64,000 nt of DNA from the human T2T-CHM13v2.0 reference genome, Homo sapiens. Below the pieces are notes generated by a model that was given only the letters and a program-made list of their open reading frames with translations, was not told where the DNA came from and searched no databases. Location: assembly GCF_009914755.1 (NCBI RefSeq), contig NC_060947.1; one strand, 5' to 3'. Positions 13,955-27,894 of this stretch are shown here, piece by piece (positions within the stretch are counted from its first letter, which is position 1; each line of letters opens with the position of its first letter). The translations under genes and the position numbers were made by a program.

Positions 13955-14426
13955 TGTGAACCTCGAAAATTTGAGAGAGGTCTCAGTTAATTTAGAAAGT
14001 TTATTTTGCTAAGGTTGAGGACAGATCCCCGTGACACAGGCTCAGGAGGTCCTGACAACATGTGCACAAAGTGGTCGTGACATAGCTTGGTTTTCTACAT
14101 TTTAGGGAGATATGAGACATCAATCAATATGCGTAAGACGCACATTGGTTCAGTCCAGAAACATGGGACAACTCGAAGCAAAGGTGGGAAGACTCCAAGC
14201 GGGTGAGGAGGCTTCCAAGTCATAGGTAGTTAAGAGACAAATGGTTGTATTCTTGTGAGTTTCTGATAGCTTCTCCAAAGGAGGCAATCAGATATGCATT
14301 TATCTCAGTAAGCGGAGGGGGCACTTTGGATAGAATAGGAGGCAGGTTGGCCCTAAGCAGTTCCCAGCTTGAATTTTACCGTTAGCTTAGTGATTTGGGG
14401 GCCCCAAGATTTCTTTCTCTTTCACA
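13955..14426 (-). mobile_element. MER4A1-like ERV1 solo LTR
   Basis: TG...CA ends, GGTCTCAGTTAATTTAGAAAGTTTATTTTGC motif, 4-bp TSD AGCA/AACA. Confidence 0.85.
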
Positions 14427-14780
14427 AACACTAAAATGAAATGAGCTATCAAGTCATGAAAAGTCATGGAGAAATTTTAGATGCATGGTACTAAGTGAAG
14501 GGTACCATGCATCTGAAAGGGTATCTGAAAGGCTGCATGCCGTATGATTCCAACTCTATGACATTCTGGAGAAGACAAAACTATGGAGACGGTGAAAAAG
14601 AAAATCAGTGATTGGCAGGTCTTGAGAGTGGGAGAGAGAATGCAGAGGATTTTTAGGGGAGTGAAACTACTCTGTGTGGTACTAGGATGCTGGATCCATG
14701 CCATTATACGTTTGTCCAAACCCTTAGAATGTACAACACCAAGGGTGAGCCCTATGTGAACTATGAACTCTGGTGATAAT

Positions 14781-15171
14781 TGTATCAGTTTGTTCTCATG
14801 CTGCTATAAAGACATACCAGAGATGGCTAATTTACAGAGGAAAGAGGTTTAATTGACTCACAGTTCTGCAGGCTGTTTAGGAAGCATGGCTGGGGAGGCC
14901 TCAGGAAACTTACAATCATGGCAGAGCAGAAGGCGAATGGGGACGCAGGCACATCTTCATATAAAGGAGCAGGAGAGAGAGACTGTAGTGAGGAGGAGGT
15001 ATACATTTTTCAAACAACCAGATCTCATGAGAACTCACTCACTACTACGAGAACAGCAAGGGGAAAATCCACCCCCATGATCCAATCACCTCCCATCAGG
15101 TCCCTCCCCCAACACTGGGGATTATAATTCAACATGAGATTTGGGTGTGGACACAGAGACAAACCATATCA
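14781..15171 (-). mobile_element. MSTA-like MaLR solo LTR
   Basis: TGTATCAGTT...AAACCATATCA; 5-bp TSD ATAAT. Confidence 0.88.
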
Positions 15172-15342
15172 ATAATGATGTGTCCATGTTGGTTCATTAC
15201 AACAAATGCACCACTCTGGTGGGGATATTGATAATGGGGGAGGTTGAGGTAGGGGAGCAGGGACTATATGCGAAATCTCTGTACCATACTCTCAATTTTG
15301 CTGTAAACCTAAAACTCCTCTAAAATATAAATTCTATTTTTA

Positions 15343-15687
<345 letters not shown>

Positions 15688-16860
15688 TCATTCTCCTGAG
15701 TTCAGAAAAGAATAGGATGAGGGGTGAGTAGGGAGGTTGTTTATATTTCCCAAATTGAAAACCACTCGATCAATATGGATGGATGAGAAACAGCATTTTC
15801 CAGACATCATTATCTACTTAGGCATCTTTGAAAATTCCGAGTGGAGCAAGGAAACAGCATGAGGATCCAGCAGAAGGAAGTGCTGGGAACAAGCTGGGCC
15901 TCTCCCATGGTTCTGGGTGGCATAGAGCTGCCGGGAGACTGGAATTTCATGGAGACTTTGCATGAAGTCTGCCTCGTTGGGTCAGGTTTGTCATCAGGGT
16001 GCAACACCTTGGGAACAGACAGCCGGGTAGAAAGTAGCAGGGCAAATCCATGAGGATGTCAGGGGCCGCAAGACAACCACGCCTAAGGAAAAACATCGCA
16101 GGAAGGTCACACTTGCTTTCATTTCTGAATCATAAATGTGCGAGATGGAGGCATATGGATGGATGAAGCAAATTAATGAAGTGTGCAGCTGTCCTGTCGG
16201 ATTGCTAGGCAATAGCAACAAAACCCAGGCGGCTGTCGTGAAGAATGCAGACAGCCTGCACCACCGCCCACAGAGCTTGCTGCATGACCAAACCAATGAG
16301 ACTCCCAGAACAAGCGGGAAAACATGTCCAGGGTTCTCAGAAATGCCTCGGCAGAGCTGTGCCTCCGGGGAGTTGCATTCGCCACAGAGATCCTCACCTG
16401 GCGAAAAGCGACTGCTTCCCTGCTCATTTCCAAAATGAGCACCTGTTGAGTTGTTTGAGCTGTGACGAATGCAAAAAAAAATCTCAGGGGGAAAAAATAA
16501 AACGTTAAGGAATTTTTTTTAGTTGCATGGATTATCAGCCTCCGCCAGTCTCATGATGCTGCTGTCAGTCCGAGACCTGATGTCATAGCCTGAAAAACTC
16601 AGCTCAGCGTCTGAGGTTTCGACTCCCTTCTTAACAAAAGTCATTTGTCTTGACCTCCTAGTTAAGAAACCACAGGTATTTAGAATATTGTACAAAAAGG
16701 GACTGCCAGAAAAATCTCATACACGTGTGCAGTGGGCTTTGCTCAGATGCGGGAAATCAAAGACATGTTCAGACATGGCGCCCTCCAGTTTTGCAGTGGG
16801 CTAAATATTACAGAAATGGTTCAACTCTGTCACCGAGATCATGTGAATTAACTTTGTCCT

Positions 16861-18180
16861 CACCCTTTTCAACAAAGGGTGCTGGGATAATTGGCTAGCC
16901 ACATGCAGGAGAATGAAACTGGATCCTCATCTCTCATCTTATACAAAAATCAGCTCAAGATGGATCAAGGGATTAAATCTAAGACCTAAAACTATAAAAA
17001 TTCTAGAAGATAACATTGGAAAAACCCTTCTTGACATTGGCTTAGGCAAGGATGTCATGATCAAGAACCCAAAAGCAAATGCAATAAAGACAAAGATAAA
17101 TATGTGGGACTTAATTAAACTAAAGCGCTTTTGCCTGGCAAAAGGAACAGTCAGCAAGGTAAACAGACAACCCACAGGGTGGGAGAAAACCTTCCCAATC
17201 TATACATCTAACAAAGGACTAATATCCAGAATCTACAACGAACTCAAACAAATCAGAAAGAACAAAACAAACAATCCCATCAAAAAGTGGGCTAAGGACA
17301 TGAATAGACAATTCTCAAAAGAAGATATACATATGGCCAACAAACATATGAAAAAATGCTCAATATCACTAATGACCAGGGAAATGCAAATCAAAACCAC
17401 AATGCAATACCACCTTACTCCTGCAAGAATGGCCATAATCAAAAACTCAAAAAACAGTAGATGTGGTGAACAGGAACACTTCTAAACTGCTGGTGGGATG
17501 TAAACTAGTACCGCCACTATGGAAAACAGTGTGGAGATTCCTTAAAGAGCTAAAAGTAGAACTACGATTTGATCCAGCAATCCCACTACTGGGTATCTAC
17601 CCAGAGGAAAAGAAAATCATTATTTGAAAAAGATGCTTGCACACGCATGTTTATAGCAGCACAACTCACAATTGCAAAATCGTGGAACCAACCCAAATGC
17701 CCATCAATCAATGAGTGGATGAAGAAACCCTGGCATATATATACAGTGAAATACTACTCAGCCATAAAAAGGAATGAATTAACGGCATTTGCAGCGGCCT
17801 GGATGAGATTGGAGGCTATTATTCTAAATGAAGTAACTCAGGAATGGAAAACCAAACATCGTATGTGTTTAACCAAACGTCGTATTATTCTAAGTGAAGT
17901 AATTCGGGAATGGAAAACCAATCGTCGTATTCTCACACATAAGCGGGAGCTAAGCTATGAGGATTCGAAGGCATAAGAGTGACACAATGGACTTTGGGGA
18001 CTTGGGAGGAAGGCTGGAAGGGGAGCGAGGGATAAAAGACTACAAATAGGGTGCAGTGGACACTGCTTGGGTGATGGGTGCATCAAAATCTCACAAATCA
18101 CCACTAAAGAACTTGCTCATGTAACCAAACACCACCTGTTCCCCAAAAATCTATGGAAATATAAAAAATAAAAAATAAAA
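16861..18180 (+). mobile_element. 5'-truncated L1PB (L1PB1-like): decayed ORF2 C-terminus plus 3'UTR
   Basis: ORF 16913-17485 ([37 protein letters not shown]) is L1 ORF2p; frameshifted continuation to 17976; A tail; TSD AACT(T/C)TGTCCT. Confidence 0.93.
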
Positions 18181-18380
18181 ACTCTGTCCTGGAACCAGGT
18201 TGGTTCTGGGCATTGTGTTGTGTTGTGCCGTGGCATGTTTTGCCTTGTTTGAGTGGTATCTACACAGAACCACCCAATGAGGTGTCTGGGATGGTTTGCT
18301 CTCTTGGTGATCTCGAGGTGCCGTTTCAAGTGTTTTGTTGTACTATGTGGTGTCATTGCTTGTTTTGCCTTGTGTGGGCT

Positions 18381-18650
18381 ATGTATTAGTCAGGGTTCTC
18401 TGGAGAAACAGAACCAACAGGAGATATGTATATAAAGAGAGAAAGATTAAAATAAAGTATATTAGTTCGTTTTCATGCTGCTGATAAAGACATACCCAAG
18501 ACTGGGCAATTTACAAAAGAAAGAGGTTTAAGGGACTTATAGTTCCACATGGCTGGGGAGGCCTCAGAATCATGGCAGAAGGCAAGGAGAAGCAAGAGTT
18601 CACTGCACTCCAGCCTGGGTGATAGACGGAGACCCAGTCTCATTTTCAAA
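18381..18650. mobile_element. Composite: MLT2 end (-), truncated THE1 LTR (-, 18457-18597), Alu 3' tip (+, 18601-18650)
   Basis: TGTATTAGTCAGGGTTCTC; TATTAGTTCGTTTTCATGCTGCTGATAAAGACATACCC; CACTGCACTCCAGCCTGGG. Confidence 0.8.
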
Positions 18651-18790
18651 AAGAAGAATCCAGTATATTATTATTACAACTCTTATTAATAGTTGCTTTG
18701 ATTTTCTGCTCCTTTATCCAATGGTACCTAATTGAACAACATGCAGACCAAACACCACCAGCAGTCCACTTTCTATAAAACTTCTAACAG

Positions 18791-19245
<455 letters not shown>

Positions 19246-19606
19246 TCACATCATGATTTTTTGTGTGTTTTTACTTTGTCCCTGGTAGATTCTGCGTGAA
19301 GAGTTTCCCGTATGTTCAGAACTACAAATGAGGTCAGAATTTTGGAATTTCAAGTTTGGCCCCATAGAGTAGATTGGGTAAGATTGGGTTTTTCACATAA
19401 CACTGATTTATTTTACTGTTGATGGGGAAAGACACACATTGGACAAAACTCATTTATTCTGTATCCTTCCTTTGCCATTTGTAAGTATCCTTGAATTTTT
19501 TTTTTTTAAATTTCCTTGCCTTATCTTCCTAGGGAAAAAAAAAGGTCAGAAGATAGGTCTAATCTGCCTGGAGCCTGAAAAAACACAGATCTTTTCAGAT
19601 CATTGA

Positions 19607-19815
<209 letters not shown>

Positions 19816-20036
19816 TTATTTATTTATTTAGCCAACTATCTTCGTATTGTGTATGGTGTTTTCCTATATCTGATTCAAGAATGAATACAAAGATAGATTT
19901 TATCTGGAGATATTCTACAAAGTTTAAAACCATACAGTGAATATATTGATAATTCTTTGGTCAAAAGTGGTTCTGGGGTGTATTTCTCTATTAAATACAC
20001 CTGGAGTACATTTCCTTATTAAATAAGTCTATATGA

Positions 20037-20610
<574 letters not shown>

Positions 20611-20656
20611 AATTTTTGAAAATCCCCTCCTTTTGAAAAATGAGTCTATATGAAAC

Positions 20657-21543
20657 ATCTACTATATCACAGGTACCATGATTATATCCTGTATATTAGG
20701 GACATAATATCTACTATATAATGGATGCTAAAATTATATCCCTATATACTAGGGATATGATATCTACTATATGACAGGTACCGGGATTATATTCCTGTAT
20801 ACTAGGGATCTAAAATCGACTCTGTGATGGGTACTGGAATAATATCCCTATACATTGGGGATATCAAATCGACTCTGGGATGGGTACTGAGATTATATCC
20901 CTATATGCTAGGAATAGAAAATCTACTATATGACAGGTACTAGGATTCTATCCCTACATGCCAAGGATATAGTATCTACTATGTGATGGATACTGTGATT
21001 ATATCCCCATCTACTAGGGATAGAAAATCGACTATGCAATGGGTACTGGGATTCTATCCCTAAATACTAGGGATATAATATCTACTATGTTACAGGTACT
21101 GTGATTATATCCCTATGTGCGAGAGATGTAAAATCGACTGTGTGACGGGTACTGGGATTCTATCCTTATATGGTGGGGATAGAAAATCGACTCTATGACA
21201 GGGATTGGGATAATATGCCTATATACTGGGGACATAAAATTGACTATGTGATGGGTACTGGCATTATCTCCCTATATACTGGGGATAGAAAATCGACTGT
21301 GTCACGGGTACTAGAATTATATCCCTATATGGTAGGGATGGAAAATCCACTGTATGACAGGTACTGGGATTATATCCCTATATGCCAGGCATATAAAATC
21401 TACTACGTGATGGGCACTAGGATTATAGCCCTACATACTAGGCATATAAAATCTACTATATGACAGGTACTAGGATTATATCCCCATATACAAGGGATAG
21501 AAAATGTACTATATGATATGTACTGTGATTATTACTAGGGATA
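20657..21543. repeat. 53-bp minisatellite, ~16-17 diverged copies
   Basis: ATC(T/G)ACT at 20657, 20709, 20762, 20815; consensus ~ATCTACTATGTGACAGGTACTGGGATTATATCCCTATATACTAGGGATATAAA. Confidence 0.93.
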
Positions 21544-22333
21544 CACATCCTGAAGATGTAGTTCCTGGGCTCGAGAGAAACAGCCTCAGAAACCAACAAT
21601 TCACCCATGGGTGTCACAGGAGGTGTCATGAAGTACAGAGTAAGGGCTGGGTAACTCTTAGGAAAGGTGCCCCCAGAGAGTGAGCCTTTAACCAAGATCT
21701 CAAACAATGGGTCATTGTTTGCCAGAAGTAGGGGCAGGGGTGTAGGAGGGAGAGAGGGAGAGAAAAAGAGAGAGAGAGGCAAGGTCTCCCACGCAAAGGA
21801 AAAGAGCCTGTGCAAAACTATCACAGCTCATGAATGACCAGGATGAATGTGGACAGATGATATTCTCTTGTGTGTCAGGACTAAAGAAAATGTTATATTT
21901 GGCAAAGATCCATGGAGGTAGGGAGTGCAGGCAGAGAATTTCTGCGAAAGGAGCTTTAGGAGTTTCCTGTGCCACCATAACACATTACGGCAAAGCAGGT
22001 GGCTTGCAACAACAAATTTATTCCCTTTCAGTTTGAGGGGATGCAAGTCAGAAAGCGAGGTGAAAGTGGAACCATGCTGTCTCTCAAAGCTCAAGGGAAA
22101 AATCCTTTGCCTCCTTCTCAGTTTGCATGTTTGTTGGCAATCCCTGGTGTTTGTTTGCTTGGGGTGGCATCCTCCAGTGTCTGCCTCTGCAGTTCCAAGA
22201 ACTTCCCCTCTCTGTGTGTCTGTCTTTTCTACTCTTCTTATAAGGACACCTATCATTGGATTTATGGTCCACCCTAGTCCAGTAAGACGTCAACTTACTG
22301 CAAATTCGTTATATCTGGCAAGTCCTTATTTCC

Positions 22334-23179
22334 TTTTTTTTTTCCTTGCTTAATTTTAAGTTCAGGGGTGCATGTGCAGGTTTGTTATTTGGGTAAACTT
22401 GTGTCACAGGGGTTTGTTGTACAGATTATTTTGTCACCCTGCTATTAAGCCTAGTACCCATTAGTTATTTGTCCTGATCCTCCCCCTCGTCCTCATCCTC
22501 TACCTTCCAGGCCCCAGTGTCTGTTTGTATTAGTCCGTTTTCACACTGCTGATAAAGACATACCCGAGACTGGGTAATTTATAAAGAAAAAGAGGTTTCA
22601 TGGACTCACAGTTCCACATGGCTGGGGAGGCCTCACAATCATGGCAGAAGGTGAAAGCCACATCTTACATGGCGGCAGACAAGAGAGAATGAGAGCCAAG
22701 TGAGAGGGGAAACCATTTATAAAACCATCAGATCTCATGAGACTTATTCACTACCAGGAGAACAGTATGGGGGAAATTGCCCCCATGATTCAATTACCTC
22801 CCACCAGGTTCCTCCCACAACACATGGGAATTATGGGAGCTACAATTCAAGATGAGATTTGGGTGGGGACACAGCCAAACCATATCACTGTTGGTCCCCT
22901 CTATGTGTCCATGTGTTCTCATCATTTAGCTCCCACTTATCAGGACGAATATGCAGTATTTGTTTTTCCATTCCTGTGTTAGTTGGCTAAGGATAATGGC
23001 CTCCAGTTCCATCCATGTTCCTTCAAAAACATGATCTCATCCTTTTTTATGGCTGCATAGTATTCTATGGTGTGTATGTACCACATTTTCTTTATCCAGT
23101 ATGTTACTGATGGGAATTTAGGTAGATTCCATGTCTTTGTGATTGTGAATAATGTGGCAGTGAATATTCGTGTGCACGT
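22334..23179 (-). mobile_element. Older L1PA (L1PA15/16-like) 3' end
   Basis: Poly-T then TTTTAAGTTCAGGGGTGCATGTGCAGG...TTTTTTATGGCTGCATAGTATTC. Confidence 0.85.
22526..22887 (-). mobile_element. THE1 (THE1C-like) solo LTR nested in L1PA
   Basis: TGTATTAGTCCG...AAACCATATCA; 5-bp TSD CTGTT. Confidence 0.92.
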
Positions 23180-23463
23180 GCAAGACCTTATTTCCAAATA
23201 GGTCACATTCTGAGGTTACAGATGGATGGAAATTATTAATAATAATAAACCCAGTACAGCCAGTTCGGGTCCAGAGTGGGAAGGCTCTTGTATAAACTAC
23301 TAAGTGATACAAAACCTTTTTGACTTTTCCACCACTGAGTTTAAAAGCAGAGGTGATAACAGAAGATTTGCAATCCCCAACTTTATTTCCACGTTATTTA
23401 TGCTGAGGAGTATTTAACTAAGGGTACCATCCTTTTCAGAGACTCCACCCACCCTTTTGATAC

Positions 23464-23845
23464 TGATATGGACAGGGGACAGGGAAATACTGGGTGGAGA
23501 AGGGCACAGTCCCTGGTGAGGTCTCCACCCTCAGGCCTGTGCCCATGGACCTAAATGAGAATAGGCACCCCTGTTTTCGTGCCCAAATGCTGCATTTCCC
23601 AAGATCACTCTGGCCCGCCATGCCCCCCATTCTGTGCCCCATATAAACTTGAGACCTTAGTGGGCACACACACAAGCGGCTGAACATCGAGAGGAGCAGA
23701 CCAGCAGACAAGCGATGGCGGAACTATGCGGCAGAGAAAGAGAGAAGGCAGGGGCACATCCGGACACCGACGGAAGTTCGGCCCGGGAGGTCAGAGAAGA
23801 GTCTGGCTGCGGGGTGGCCGAACTCCAGGGGAAGATTATTGCCCC
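23464..23845 (+). mobile_element. MER50-like ERV1 LTR, 3'-truncated
   Basis: TGATATGGACAGGGGACAGGGAAATACTGGGT start; CpG-rich. Confidence 0.75.
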
Positions 23846-23847
23846 TA

Positions 23848-24042
<195 letters not shown>

Positions 24043-24729
24043 ATTTTTAAGGAACAATTCATGAAGACTTTCCAATTTGTTCCATTTCATGTGTTAGCTT
24101 ATTTCGATTTTAAACGAGAAGACAGGAGTGATAAAGTTTGTACTTGGATCCCCTGATGAATGTTCATGTTTTAATATACTTAGATAGGCATTTTTTTCCA
24201 TCACAAATGAGATTATGTCAATGTGTCCTGGGAAATACTAGGAAATTTGCATTTGATTGCAAATCAAAAAATAATGAAATTTCACTCAAAATGTATTTTC
24301 TGCATAATGCATTTTTATGATACTCTGGAGATTGTTTAAAGAGGCATCGTTATGAATAAGTACATATTCATGCAGACAGAAACGCAGTGCAGGATCTACC
24401 ATAACTAAGACCTAATTTCCACCAGGAAATCCAAGCTCGTGTCTGCCTAATCACATGCTTGTTTAGTAATTGCAAATTATCTGAACTCCAGGCTTCTTCT
24501 GGAGACTCCAGGGGCTTCTTTTAATCAGTACCGGAAGCTGAGAATCAAGGAAATCACTGAATTTCATATTATTCAAATATATTTTTCATTGCAAATAGTA
24601 CTTCATTAAGAACTACAAGTAACCATTTTATTTTATTTTTCGTTTTACCATTTTTATTGAATTAGTATTTCAGTATTTTCTGCAGACATTTGGTATTTTT
24701 TAAAACATTTTTGTTTTCCAATTGTATCG

Positions 24730-25152
24730 GGACACAGACATACACAGAAGTTTGATTACGTGAGGACACAGGGAGAAGACAGCATCTACAAGCCAAGGAG
24801 AGAGGCCTCAGGAGGAACCAGCCCTGCCCACACCTTGATCTCAGACTTCAGCTTCCAGGACTGTGGGAGAATCATTGTCTGTTGTTTATAAGCCTCCCAG
24901 TCTGTGGTATTCTGTGATAGCAGCCTGAAATGAACTAAGACATCTCATAAGAAGAGGGGATAAGGACACAGACACACACAGAGGGACGACCCTGTGAGGA
25001 CACAGGGAGAAGACGGCACCTCCAAGCCGAAGAGAGAAGCCTCAGGAGGAACCATCCCTGCCCACACCTTGATCCCAGACTTCCAGCCTCCAGGACCATG
25101 GGAGAATCAATGTCTGTTGTTTAAGCCAAGCATTCTGGGGGACCTGGTTATG
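24730..25152 (+). repeat. Tandem (~1.8x, 234-bp period) MLT1B/C-derived unit
   Basis: GGACACAGACA at 24730 and 24964; GTGAGGACACAGGGAGAAGAC twice. Confidence 0.88.
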
Positions 25153-25479
25153 CAGCCCTAGCAAACTAACATAGCAAGCATTATTTTCTCTCCCATATCT
25201 CAGGGTAAATCACCTTCCTTTAAAATGGTAGGACCCTATTTCATAAAAATGCATTCCATCTCTCGTGTGTATTTTTCTCAGGGTAATAACTATGAGTAGA
25301 GTCTCACAAATAAAGTTCTTTACCTAAAGTATAAAACTAGCCTTAACCACTAAACCCTGAAAGTTCATTTTAGATTTTCAATGTAATAATAGTTTTTACA
25401 ACAGGAAAATCAAATTCCGTTATAATAATCTGAAAAGCACCCTCAAGTACATCATGTTCTTATTTTAATTCTTCTTTTA

Positions 25480-25896
<417 letters not shown>

Positions 25897-26240
25897 TTAG
25901 GAGGATAAAGGAAATTGAAGAGGAGGATGACAAGAATGAGGCCTCAAATGTGCTGTTTGTTTTCTCTTCTAATGGGTGTTTGCAAAAGAGTGGCCCGTAT
26001 AAGAGAAACTTAAGCTGTTAAAATAATTTCAGTATGCAATCTTTGGCTTGTCTTTCTTCTTGGTATTATGAGAGTGTCATTCCAGAGTTAGAATGGTGCT
26101 TCTAGGAAACCCAAGAAAAATATGTTCATTTTCATCAAAAACATAATTGGTGCATTTATTGAGAGCTTTCTCCATGGTCACGTTAATATCACAGAAAACT
26201 CCATGATAGTTTGCTGAGCAAAGCAAACAGTGTTCAAACG

Positions 26241-26742
26241 CAGCAGTCCCCAACCTTTTTGGCACCAGGGACAGGTTTCGTGGAAGACAACTTTTCCATG
26301 GCTGGGGTTGGGAGCAGGATGGTTTCAGGATGATTCAAGCACATTGCATTTATTGTGCACTGTATTTCTATTATTATTACATTGTAAGATACAATGAAAT
26401 AATTTTACAACTCACCATCATGTGGAATCAGTGGGAGCCCTGAGCTTGTTTTCCTGCAACTAGACAATCCCATCTAGTGGGGGATGGGAGACAGCGACAG
26501 ATCATCAGGCATTCCACTCTCATAAGGAGCGCCAACCTAGATCCCGCGCATGTGCAGTTCACAAAAGGGTTCACGCTCCTATGAGGATCTAATACCACCG
26601 CTGATCTGCCAGGAGGTGGAGCTCAGGAGGTAAAGTGAGTGATGGGGAGCAGCTGTCAATACAGATGAAGCTTTGCTCGCCCACCTGCTACTCACCTCCT
26701 GCTGTGCGGCCCAGTTCCTAACGGGCCACGTGGGGACCCCTG
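26241..26742 (-). mobile_element. MER1A (hAT-Charlie)
   Basis: Reverse-complement homolog of 4765-5295 with both TIRs. Confidence 0.88.
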
Positions 26743-26914
26743 TTTTAACATATATCATTTCTAATCTGTCTCCCCAAATCTCTGTAATATAAAGATTATT
26801 GTTCCCAATGTACATCAAAAGACCCTGTAGGGCAGAGATGTAAAAGCATCAGCCTGATATTCTGTTGCTGGCATATATCATAGATGGTCATCAAACCCTA
26901 ATTTTATACAGTTG

Positions 26915-27165
26915 CATAAAAGACATAGTTCTAATATTTGATAGCAGGGTAAGGTGCCTATAGTTAGCAATAATGTATTGTGTATTTTAAAATAGCTAGA
27001 AGAGAAGACTTGAAATGTTCCCAACACATGGAAATGATTAATTCTCAAGGTGACAGATATTCCAAATAATGTGGCCTGATCACTACACATTCTATGCAAG
27101 CAACAAACTGTCACATGTTCCCCATAGATATGTAAAATAGTATGTATCAATAATAGAAAAAAGGT
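26915..27165 (+). mobile_element. L1MA 3' end
   Basis: AAAATAGCTAGAAGAGAAGACTTGAAATGTTCCCAACAC motif. Confidence 0.8.
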
Positions 27166-27894
27166 AAATGCAAGCAAGTTTCTCAAAAAATTCTCAGTTT
27201 CTTCAAGTATCTGGTATGGTCCTTAAACCCGTAACTCCCTGTGCAAGAAGTCAAGCTCGATTTTGGCTAGGGTTTGTGGGGCGCCTGATGTTTAGTTTGC
27301 ACACCATCCAATTTCACGGGGGTTTTTTGACGTATTTCATGCTTCACTCTTCTGCAAAGCATTTGGTCCTAAGCTCACCATGAGCTCCAAAGGGTGGGAG
27401 CGTCCATGGGAAGGAAGGGCTTCTCTGGGGTCATAAGCATTGCTTTGCTCAGAAGCACCCTGGGCGGATGGAATTCTGGGCAAAGGATGCCAGGACATGA
27501 AGGGTTTTCTTCCAGCCCCAAACTTAACTCTCCTGGTATGTTATACTGCAAAGAAGGCTGAAATACGAGCAAATGGCCGATGAGGGGATGCACTGAGAAT
27601 GAGGCAAAGGAGTCTGGCTTTCCCTTTTCCTGGGATAGCTGGAAGGATTTGAAGGATTTTGAGCATGAGAGAGGCGTGAGTAGAGATGAGCTGCTCAGAC
27701 AGAAGTTGGCCTGTGGTTTGGGGTCCTCTAGACAGGAAAAGATTAGAAGCAGGGACACCACTGGGAATCAACAAATGAGCGCCAAAAATTCACCCAATCA
27801 AAATGGCAGGAAATGGCCTCAGAATACCTTGAATGCTGAAGATGCCTTGTAAGTGTTAGTCAAATTGAATATACTTTGGATCTGGAGGTATAAA

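Larger units (their letters stand above)
21955..23230 (-). mobile_element. MLT1C-like LTR split by an L1PA insertion
   Basis: MLT1 motifs both sides; TSD GCAAG(T/A)CCTTATTTCC at ~22318 and ~23180. Confidence 0.8.

Noticed and set aside
16913-17976. 190-aa and 135-aa ORFs as a functional gene
   Set aside because: Frameshifted remnants of L1 ORF2 in a 5'-truncated element.
19977-20001. GGTGTATTT-7nt-AAATACACC hairpin
   Set aside because: A 9-bp AT-rich stem is plausible by chance in 64 kb, with no supporting junction evidence.
20657-21543. CRISPR-like array (palindromic repeats)
   Set aside because: Units are homologous along their whole length with no unique spacers, there are no cas genes, and the context is primate.
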